Below, in pieces: positions 56,254 to 64,000 of a stretch of 64,000 nucleotides of DNA; the stretch's first letter is position 1; the number at the start of each line of letters is the position of its first letter. This DNA comes from an uncultured Chloroflexia bacterium. GTDB taxonomy: Bacteria; Chloroflexota; Anaerolineae; Anaerolineales; UBA4823. Position numbers and translations under genes: made by a program. The notes below the pieces were generated by a model that worked only from the letters and a program-made list of their open reading frames with translations, did not search any database and was not told the DNA's origin. The stretch lies in contig CAVWDI010000012.1 in assembly GCA_963753725.1 (NCBI GenBank), positions 56,320 to 120,319 of the forward strand, in the 5' to 3' direction.

Positions 56254-57816
56254 ATGAATAAATATCTCTATTTCGCCGTGTTTGCTGCGGGTATGACAAC
56301 GTTGGCATTGGAATTAACTGCATCACGTCTGCTGGGAAGTTTTTTCGGCACCAGCAATCTGGTCTGGGCCAGCATTATTGGTCTTATCCTGATATACCTG
56401 ACGGTAGGATATCTGCTCGGGGGAAGGTGGGCCGATCGTTCCCCTTACTCTAAGACGATGTACCAGATTATGGCTTGGGGAGCGTTTAGCGCTGGATTAA
56501 TACCGTTGATCGCAAGGCCCGTCCTGCGCAGCGCAGCCGACGCATTTGACCTGCTGAATATCGGAGTGCTTTTCGGTTCATTTATTGCTGTCCTGGTTTT
56601 GTTCAGCCTGCCGGTAATTTTGCTAGGAACAATTTCACCTTTTGCTGTACGATTAGCAATAACGGACCGTGAACATGCCGGCAGGGTGTCAGGAAGGGTG
56701 TATGCTATTTCAACGATGGGATCGTTTATCGGCACATTTCTTCCGGTTTTAATCATGATCCCCCTGGTAGGAACCACAAAAACGTTCCTTTTATTCAGCG
56801 TTTTTTTATTAGCGGTAGCCTTGATTGGTTTGTGGCGTTGTTCAGGATGGCGAGCGGTATTGAGATTGATATGGATGCCGGTTATCCTGGCATTGGCTGC
56901 TTACTTTATGGTAAACACTCCCATAAAAAATACTTCTGGACAGATATTCGAAAGCGAGTCAGGCTACAACTATATTCAAGTGTTGGATATCGATGGCTTT
57001 CGTATGCTGCGTTTGAATGAAGGACAGGGGATTCATTCAATGTGGCATGAGGACCAATTGGATTATTTCGGTCCCTGGGAGCAGTTCCTGGCTGCGCCGT
57101 TTTTCAACCCAGCCATTTATGAACCTGAACGGGTTGAACGGATTGCCATCCTGGGTCTCGCGGCGGGTACATTCGCGCGCCAGGTGAACGAAATCTATGG
57201 TCCGGTTGCCATTGATGGTTATGAAATCGATCCCAAAATAATCGATGTCGGGCGAAAATTTTTTGCAATGAACCAACCCAATCTGAACGCCATCGCTCAG
57301 GATGGTAGGGTGGGTTTGCAGGGGAGTCAGGAACGCTATGATGTGATTGTCGTTGACGCCTACCGTCCCCCTTATATACCCTGGCATCTCACGACTAAGG
57401 AATTCTTCCAGCTTGTACATAATCATTTGACGGTTGATGGCGTAATGGCGATAAACGTGGGGCGATCGCCCGAAGACCGCCGCTTGGTGGATGCATTGGT
57501 AGGTACAATAAGCGCTGTTTACCCTTCGATTTACGTTATGGATGTGCCAGATACGTTTAATACAATCGTTTACGCAACTGTCCAACCAACGGTTATTCAA
57601 AACCTTTACGATAATCTGGTACATCTTTACTCACGACCTGATATCCACCCTTTGTTGATAGAATCCATCCAGAGAGTTGTGATCAACCAACAGCCAACCC
57701 CATCCAGCGATATTGTGTTTACGGATGATTGGGCTCCGGTTGAATGGATTACGAACAATCTAATTCTTGACTATGTCTTGTTTGGAGAAATTGATGAACT
57801 TGACGGGTACAGATAA
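56254..57816 (+). CDS. Membrane-embedded spermidine-synthase-like protein (polytopic N-domain fused to an aminopropyl/methyltransferase fold)
   Basis: About 520 aa. Seven to eight N-terminal TM helices, then ILGLAAGTFARQ ... GYEIDPKIIDVGRKFF ... YDVIVVDAY, a SpeE-like Rossmann domain. TTG 56251 and ATG 56254 are both possible starts. Confidence 0.8.
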   Translation: MNKYLYFAVFAAGMTTLALELTASRLLGSFFGTSNLVWASIIGLILIYLTVGYLLGGRWADRSPYSKTMYQIMAWGAFSAGLIPLIARPVLRSAADAFDLLNIGVLFGSFIAVLVLFSLPVILLGTISPFAVRLAITDREHAGRVSGRVYAISTMGSFIGTFLPVLIMIPLVGTTKTFLLFSVFLLAVALIGLWRCSGWRAVLRLIWMPVILALAAYFMVNTPIKNTSGQIFESESGYNYIQVLDIDGFRMLRLNEGQGIHSMWHEDQLDYFGPWEQFLAAPFFNPAIYEPERVERIAILGLAAGTFARQVNEIYGPVAIDGYEIDPKIIDVGRKFFAMNQPNLNAIAQDGRVGLQGSQERYDVIVVDAYRPPYIPWHLTTKEFFQLVHNHLTVDGVMAINVGRSPEDRRLVDALVGTISAVYPSIYVMDVPDTFNTIVYATVQPTVIQNLYDNLVHLYSRPDIHPLLIESIQRVVINQQPTPSSDIVFTDDWAPVEWITNNLILDYVLFGEIDELDGYR

Positions 57817-57829
57817 AGGACCAAAATAT

Positions 57830-58549
57830 ATGAATGAATATTCAAAGCAAAAAGAATTGAATTTGAATCCGAACCGGGATGATCAAAAGGATTTTGGATG
57901 GGTTTATAAATTTTTAGGATGGGTGGTAACAATTCTCGTTCCTGTAGCACTTGTGCTGATATCGGTCAGGCTGGTGATGAGCCCTACTCTAGTACATTTT
58001 GAATACAACCAACCTGGATTTCCGCCCGATCCATATGGTTTTTCAAAAGAGGACAGGTTGTACTGGTCTCAGATTGCCCTGGATTACCTGTTGAATTCGG
58101 AAGGTATAAACTTCTTGGAGGAATTGCGATTTGAGGACGGCACACAGGTATACAATGCACGCGAACTTCGCCACATGCTGGACGTAAAGAATACTGTGCG
58201 CGTTGTGATATATGTTTTGTACATTTCAATAGGGGTGTTGGTCGCTCTGGGTGCCTTGTCGTGGCACAGCGGTTGGTGGGGGATGTATAAATCAGGATTA
58301 TCCAGAGGGGGATGGTTGACCGTGTTTTTGATTGGGACGATAATCCTTTTCGTATTTTTAAGTTTCGGTATATTGTTTGTAGCTTTTCACAATGTGTTTT
58401 TCCAATCGGGAACCTGGACGTTTAATTTCAGTGACACTTTAATCCGCTTGTTTCCGGAACGCTTCTGGCGGGATATATTCTTAATTGTCGGAGGGTTGTC
58501 CCTGGCTGGCGGTTTCCTCCTCGGTCTTGGTTTGCGACCAAAAAAGTAA
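57830..58549 (+). CDS. TIGR01906/DUF1461 integral membrane protein (Lit-like)
   Basis: Start taken at ATG 57830 to avoid a 50-nt overlap with the upstream gene. TM helix, then FEYNQPGFPPDPYGFSKEDRLYW ... ELRHMLDVKN, then three C-terminal TM helices, matching my recollection of the DUF1461 pattern. Confidence 0.65.
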   Translation: MNEYSKQKELNLNPNRDDQKDFGWVYKFLGWVVTILVPVALVLISVRLVMSPTLVHFEYNQPGFPPDPYGFSKEDRLYWSQIALDYLLNSEGINFLEELRFEDGTQVYNARELRHMLDVKNTVRVVIYVLYISIGVLVALGALSWHSGWWGMYKSGLSRGGWLTVFLIGTIILFVFLSFGILFVAFHNVFFQSGTWTFNFSDTLIRLFPERFWRDIFLIVGGLSLAGGFLLGLGLRPKK

Positions 58550-58579
58550 TATTTATTCTGTTTGTAAGGGAAATAAAAG

Positions 58580-58610
58580 AAAGCCGGAAATATTTCACCG
58601 GCTTTTATTC
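58580..58610. terminator. Bidirectional intrinsic terminator
   Basis: Stem GAAAGCCGG (58579-58587) / CCGGCTTT (58598-58605) with an A-run upstream and a T-rich tail downstream, between convergent genes. Confidence 0.6.
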
Positions 58611-58635
58611 CTTGATCGAAATGTGTTTAGTAGGT

Positions 58636-59541
58636 TTAATCGAAGACCATCAGGCCAATATCTGTCATTTCACAGCGCGTACCAAAACCTTTATTGGTCC
58701 CTGAATGAACGGAAAATGATAGTGTGCCTGGGGTGATATTCCCATCGTATGAATTGAAAACTTCTTCCCCATCTACAAAGAATGAAGCCCTTTGATCCTG
58801 AACGGCTAATATTAGCTCTGCTTCTCCCTCAGGGGTGGAAACCGGGCCGATGTAATGTTTGATGAGAACCTCCTCGTTCCCATTGACCCATTTCTTGAAA
58901 AAAGCCATATCCATCAAGACTTAAATAAACGAGATGAAAATTTTCATCATCCCTCTCGCCGAATACCCACCCGCATCCGGAAAATGGCCAGTTGGCGATA
59001 TCGCTGGCTGAGCTCCATTTCACATCCGCCCGGATAACAAAATTCTCGGGTTCAAAATCCGTATTCCACCAGGTGAAAGTAGTTTAATTGGGCAAATTCC
59101 TGGTTGAAATCTTCAAAAGGTGTAAATTCTTCTCCGATCTCTGAAATGACTCCTTGGTCGTAGAGAAAATCCAGGTCGTCATTCATTTTTTGTTCCAACT
59201 CAGTCATCTCTTCAGGTTCTTCGGTGACAGTATCTTCCGTCTCTTCAACTACCTGCTCTTCAGTCGCTTGCGGTTCCTGTACAGCTTCAGCCGCCGAAGC
59301 GGTGTTTTGGGCATCGATTGCGGCTTGAGCGTCAGCTGTCTCCTGAGCTTGAGCAGACTTTTTCGGCGTCCGCAGTGGATTGCGCTTTCAACTGTTCGAG
59401 TTCGAGCGCCTGAGATGTCATGGTTAATTGGGCTCCGAGGTCAGGCTGCGCTGGTTCTTCCGTAGCATCGGATCCGAACGAACATGCTAATGTTATTAAA
59501 ACGAGTGCTGCAGCAGCATAGTAATATTTTCTCTTTATCAT
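58636..59541 (-). CDS. Secreted lipoprotein with acidic linker and concanavalin/LamG-like (DUF1080-like) C-terminal domain (three frame breaks)
   Basis: ATG 59541 gives MIKRKYYYAAAALVLITLAC (lipobox). The junctions reconstruct at the T5 run 59359-59363, near 59070, and at the A6 run 58898-58903. The joined C-terminus reads FVIRADVKWSSASDIANWPFSGCGWVFGE ... LDGYGFFKKWVNGNEEVL ... The domain call is tentative. Confidence 0.5.
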
Positions 59542-59687
59542 TATCTCCTCCTGAGATGGAATTGGAAATTATTCAGACTGCATGTAAATTATTAATAGGA
59601 ATGATAAATAACTTCTTCTAAATTGTCAACTTCTTTTGTGGGAATTGTCAAATTTAGCGCAAGGAGTTTCATTTCACGAACTCCGAT

Positions 59688-59728
59688 TGAAATAAAAGCC
59701 TCCCAAAATATTATCTTCGGGAGGCTTT
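59688..59728 (-). terminator. Intrinsic terminator after the ABC ATPase gene
   Basis: 10-bp stem AAAGCCTCCC / GGGAGGCTTT (59695-59704 / 59719-59728), followed by UUUAUUU on the minus strand, 20 nt after the stop at 59749. Confidence 0.65.
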
Positions 59729-59748
59729 CGTCCTACGTTTGATATTGT

Positions 59749-60849
59749 TCAGCGAATTGCGACTTCGGTTTCTTTATCGAATATATGCATATTCTCCATG
59801 TTGAAGACCAACTGGACGTTATCATTTACATGATAACGAGAGCGGGGATCAACACGCGCTACAAAGACATTTTCGCCAGTTTTTAGATAGACGAAAATTT
59901 CATTGCCCATCAGCTCAGTCACATCAACTGTACTTTCCACAGGTTGTGCGATGATTCCCGGTGGTGCGAAATCGGGATTGTGGATATCTTCCGGACGGAT
60001 ACCAAAAATGACTTCTTTATCGATATGCTCCGCATAGGTTTCAATACGCTCATCCGGGATTGTAAGGATGAATGAGCCTCCCTCCACTACAACTTTTCCA
60101 TCATCTCTACGTAATGTGCCAGGGAAAAAGTTCATTGCAGGTGATCCGATAAAACCGGCCACAAACAGGTTGTTAGGCTGGTTGTATAACTCCTGAGGAG
60201 CATCGATTTGCAGTAATATACCTTTGTTCATCACTGCAATGCGGCTGGCCATGGTCATGGCCTCCACCTGGTCGTGCGTTACGTAGATGAAGGTTGTCTG
60301 CAGTTCCTGATGCAATTTGCTGATATTTGCACGCGTTTCAACGCGCAGTTTTGCATCAAGATTGGATAATGGCTCATCGAGGAGAAATACCTTAGGCTCG
60401 CGCACGATGGCTCGTCCAACTGCAACACGCTGGCGCTGCCCACCGGAAAGCTGGCGCGGTTTTCGATCAAGCAGGTATTCGATGCCTAAGATTTCGGCAG
60501 CATCCTGGACTCGCTTTTTAATTTCCTGTTTGGGTGTTTTCCGTAATTTCAACCCAAAAGCCATGTTGTCGTAAACTGTCATATGTGGGTAAAGTGCATA
60601 GGATTGGAATACCATCGCAATATCGCGATCTTTGGGTGCGACATCATTAACCATTTGATCACCGATGAGGATGCTGCCCTCAGATATATCTTCCAATCCG
60701 GCAAGACACCGCAAGGCGGTTGTCTTCCCACAACCAGAGGGACCAACAAGGACAAGGAATTCTTTGTCCTCGACGAAGATGTCTAGGTCATTGACCGCAA
60801 CGACATCTCCAAAGCGTTTATAGACGTGATCGTACGTTACGCTTGACAT
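59749..60849 (-). CDS. Sugar ABC transporter ATP-binding protein (MalK/UgpC/MsiK type), stand-alone
   Basis: 366 aa. Walker [11 protein letters not shown]-loop, [14 protein letters not shown] signature, Walker B FLLDEPLS, and a C-terminal MalK-like regulatory (TOBE) domain. No permease or SBP gene is adjacent. Confidence 0.9.
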   Translation of the reverse strand: MSSVTYDHVYKRFGDVVAVNDLDIFVEDKEFLVLVGPSGCGKTTALRCLAGLEDISEGSILIGDQMVNDVAPKDRDIAMVFQSYALYPHMTVYDNMAFGLKLRKTPKQEIKKRVQDAAEILGIEYLLDRKPRQLSGGQRQRVAVGRAIVREPKVFLLDEPLSNLDAKLRVETRANISKLHQELQTTFIYVTHDQVEAMTMASRIAVMNKGILLQIDAPQELYNQPNNLFVAGFIGSPAMNFFPGTLRRDDGKVVVEGGSFILTIPDERIETYAEHIDKEVIFGIRPEDIHNPDFAPPGIIAQPVESTVDVTELMGNEIFVYLKTGENVFVARVDPRSRYHVNDNVQLVFNMENMHIFDKETEVAIR

Positions 60850-61102
60850 AAGATGAGATCTCCTTTCTCGATTTACGGGAATATAGTGAATCTATTATAG
60901 CCATACTTTTGTTAAAAGTAAATAATAAATGGAAGGAATCAGGAGCATTTTATAATATTTCAGTTGGCCTTGATCGGAAAGTTCCTGGCAAAATTATTTT
61001 GCATTTGCTAAAAGGTTGGCGCCCGTATTCACAGACTAAAGGTATACTTCAAATAAATTTGTTAATCTTGTCGAAACTCTCTGCTCAATTTAGAATTTGA
61101 TT

Positions 61103-63726
61103 ATGTCTAATGAAAAGATCACACCCATAAGGAAGCAATATTTAGAAATTAAAAGTCAATACCCAGATGCCTTATTGTTCTTCCGATTGGGGGATTTTTA
61201 TGAAACTTTTGATCAGGATGCCGAGATCGCTGCCCGTGAACTGGATATTGTTTTAACATCCCGAAATGTAGCCAAAGGTAACCGTGTGCCGATGGCTGGT
61301 ATCCCCCATCACGCCGCCGAGAATTACATTTCTCGATTGATTGAGCGCGGTTACCATGTGGCGATATGTGAACAGATAGGCGAGCAACCGCTGAAAGGGA
61401 TTTTTCCCCGCAAAGTCACCAGGGTGGTTACGCCTGGAACCATCGTAGAGCCGGGTTTGCTGGCTGGCGATGAAAACAATTACCTGGCATGCGTTGTAAT
61501 GGATGAAAACAAGCTTTTCGGAAGCGCTGTGACAGGCAAAGCGAAGCGAGCTGCTGTGGGGTATGTGGACATAACAACCGGTGAATTTGCTGTAACCGAG
61601 CTGGGGGGGAGTGATGTAATTAATTTACTGCGAACTGAAATCGTCAGATTGAACCCGGCGGAATTGTTGTATCCCGAATCACGCAGCCCGGGCGATGGAT
61701 TTTCCGGTCATCTCACACCCTGGCCAGATTGGCGCTTCGAACCAGGACGCTGTGAAGGTGAATTGACGCGCCATTTTGATGTTGCATCGCTGGAAGGTTT
61801 TGGACTGCGCGGAAAAATGATGGCTGTCTCAGCCGCGGGGGCTATTCTTCAATATCTGAATGAGACCCAACCTGCGGCGGCAGACCTGCTGCAATCAATA
61901 AGCACTTACAGCACTTCGGAATTCATGAATTTGGATGCAGCCACTCGCCGCAATCTTGAGTTGACTTCTACAATAAGAGGAGCAAAAAAAGGCGGATTCT
62001 TATTGGATATTCTGGACCACACTGTATCACCGATGGGAAAAAGGTTGATACACGCTTGGTTCAGCAAGCCTCTTTTGGATATAAAACGGATAAATGATCG
62101 GCAGGATGGGGTAATGGTTTTTGTTGAGGACGGTTTGCTGCGCAATGAGGTCGTAACCGCGATTAAATCTTTGGGAGACCTGGAAAGACTAGCAAATCGT
62201 GTCGCAGGCGGCTCGGCAATTCCACGTGATATCACCTCGATACGAGCTACATTAGTCAACTTGCCTGAACTTATTGCACTTTTGCCGGATGGGGATCCGC
62301 GCTGGAGAATGTTATTTCTGAGTTGGATCCATGCGAAAAGGAATTGGCGCTGATCGAATCTGCAATTGATGAAGATCCGCCGGCCACATTGAAACAAACA
62401 GGCGTCATCCGCCGCGGATTTTCAGAGGAGCTGGATGGGGTGCTTGAGAGTTCAAGACATGCTCGTGAATGGATTGCAAATTTAGAGCAGATAGAACGAG
62501 AAAAGACAGGCATCAAAACATTAAAAGTTGGCTACAATAAAATTTTTGGCTACTATATAGAAGTCACGCGCACCAATACAGACCAGGTTCCTGAGGATTA
62601 TATTCGAAAACAGACTCTAGTTAATTCGGAGCGCTATATCACACCCGAAATGAAAGAGTATGAGGCGCTGGTATTGAACGCGGAAGAACGTATACGCGAG
62701 ATCGAAACACGGCTCTTCCGAGAGTTGTGCGATCGCCTGACTGGATCAACCGGGAAGATGATAAGGACCGCCAGGTCGATTGCACGATTGGACGTGTATG
62801 CATCCCTTGCGGAAGCAGCAGTGACAGGCGCTTATGTACGCCCCGAATTGGTCAACGAAGATGTATATATTGTACGAGAGGGTAGACATCCAGTTGTTGA
62901 GCAAACCCTGACAGGTAAACGATTTGTTCCAAACGATATTATCTATGCGGAAGGTGAACGTATTCGTATTATCACGGGGCCAAATATGTCCGGGAAGTCT
63001 ACCCATATCCGCCAGGCGGCTTTGATACAGTTGATGGCGCAGATAGGCAGTTATGTGCCCGCGGATTCGGCTCGCCTGGGTTTGGTTGACCGAATTTTTA
63101 CCCGTATTGGAGCACAGGATGAGATTTATGCCGGTCAATCCACGTTTATGGTAGAAATGGTCGAGACCGCAAATATCCTGCATCATGCGACATCACGCAG
63201 CTTAATCATTTTAGACGAGATAGGACGCGGCACCAGCACCTATGATGGTGTATCCATCGCCTGGGCTGTTGTTGAATATATTCACAATCATCCCCGTTTG
63301 CGTGCTAAGACATTGTTTGCCACGCATTACCATGAGCTGACCCAATTAGCGGATTTTCTGCCGGGCGTTCGAAATTTTAATGTGGCCGTAAGCGAGGCGG
63401 ATGGACAGGTGGTATTTTTGCACAAGGTTGTGCCTGGTGGGGCGGACCGTTCGTATGGGATTCATGTGGGCAGGCTGGCAGGTCTGCCTGGTCCGGTTGT
63501 GCAGAGAGCGAGCGAAATTCTTTCCCAATTGGAGGCAACCTCCGGAAGTGCAGTGCCGATTGATCCTAATGCCTCAACACAGTTGTCGCTTTTTCCGGAG
63601 ATAAATCCGTTGTTAGATGAACTGGAATCGCTGGACCTGAACGCGCTGTCGCCGATCGAAGCGCTGAACAGGTTGTGGGAGTGGCAGCAGAAATATGTAA
63701 AAGATGAAAACCAGATAGATGATTAG
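61103..63726 (+). CDS. mutS: DNA mismatch repair protein MutS (one frame break near 62299, likely indel artefact)
   Basis: Fragments 61097-62353 and 62323-63726 join as ...LLPDGDP(A)LENVISELDPCEKELALIESAIDEDPP. N-terminal PIRKQYLEIKSQYPDALLFFRLGDFYETF, Walker A GPNMSGKST, and TFMVEM and DEIGRGTSTYDG motifs. Confidence 0.9.
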
Positions 63727-63808
63727 ATTACCAATAATAACGACAAAACGATTATTCCGGCGCTAAAAATTTTGAATAACAAGGTAAATAGGTCAAGATT
63801 GTTGATTA

Positions 63809-64000
63809 TTATTTTCGATAAATTTTAACATTATCTGCTTCGATTTCAAACACCCAGGTACCCAAATCTTCAATTTTGTACTCCAGATAAAGATGGTCAT
63901 GACTGCGCTCGGAGTTGACCAATTCGATGGCGCGCTTGAATTTGAAAGTAACCATATCATTGTCCCATTCACCCTGCATATCAGGATCAAATCCTTTAGG
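63809..64000 (-). CDS. 3' end of an unidentified protein gene (partial, 5' end beyond window)
   Basis: An open frame from the window edge reads PKGFDPDMQGEWDNDMVTFKFKRAIELVNSERSHDHLYLEYKIEDLGTWVFEIEADNVKIYRK, with the stop at 63809-63811. Its composition is far more protein-like than the listed ORF 63793-63990 in another frame. Confidence 0.45.
   Translation of the reverse strand, partial: PKGFDPDMQGEWDNDMVTFKFKRAIELVNSERSHDHLYLEYKIEDLGTWVFEIEADNVKIYRK

Noticed and set aside
57767-57829. Upstream start (57767 or 57794) for the DUF1461-like gene.
   Set aside because: It would overlap the spermidine-synthase-like gene by up to 50 nt, and the extra residues are hydrophilic and non-conserved-looking. 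ATG 57830 is preferred, though this is not certain.
1205-63726. Interpreting the many split genes as pseudogenes, genome decay or programmed ribosomal frameshifts.
   Set aside because: The breaks hit essential single-copy genes, the fragments rejoin into full-length conserved proteins, and the reconstructed junctions sit in mononucleotide runs. Sequencing indels are the simpler explanation.
63793-63990. 65-aa ORF from the track at the window end.
   Set aside because: An alternative frame that is open to the window edge (63809-64000) gives a far more protein-like sequence. The listed ORF looks like its out-of-frame shadow.
1-64000. Dozens of 60-160-aa ORFs in the supplied track lying antisense to, or out of frame within, long conserved genes (for example 205-645, 2894-3349, 6908-7351, 19048-19482, 52556-53386, 62746-63186).
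   Set aside because: Each is fully contained in a gene with clear family motifs. They show skewed low-complexity or Arg/Ser/Pro-rich composition and lack an RBS. They are shadow ORFs.

Overview
Gene-dense bacterial chromosomal segment of about 60 protein genes and one tRNA, with no rRNA, CRISPR array or transposase. Most of it is housekeeping. It carries four aminoacyl-tRNA synthetases (thrS, metG, alaS and their regulatory leaders), the tRNA-Val / T-box / thrS-infC-rpmI-rplT unit, uvrC, mutS, lon, folC, ruvX-mltG, rsmI, ilvE, kbl and tyrA. T-box control and alaS-ruvX-mltG synteny look monoderm-like (Firmicutes or Chloroflexi style). My guess of an Anaerolineae-like Chloroflexi origin is low confidence and cannot be tested without a search. 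The accessory content worth a second look falls into five groups. (1) A 7-kb cassette sits between alaS and ruvX: WecE, a WecD-like acetyltransferase, an ArnC/GtrB-type GT2 and two tandem GT-C-like membrane paralogues. (2) A predicted pseudokinase is fused to a truncated family-5 solute-binding ectodomain, next to a Dpp-like ABC operon whose own binding protein is a fasciclin fusion. (3) A GT2, a membrane-embedded spermidine-synthase-like protein and a Lit-like (TIGR01906) protein form a trio. (4) A tyrosine-recombinase homologue has lost its catalytic residues. (5) There are several unexplained structured intergenic elements. Important caveat: about 20 reading-frame breaks hit 13 genes, essential ones included. 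Every junction I could reconstruct by hand lies in a mononucleotide run, so I treat them as sequencing or assembly indels and annotate those genes as single CDSs. All calls come from reading the sequence and translations by eye, with no searches or computations.
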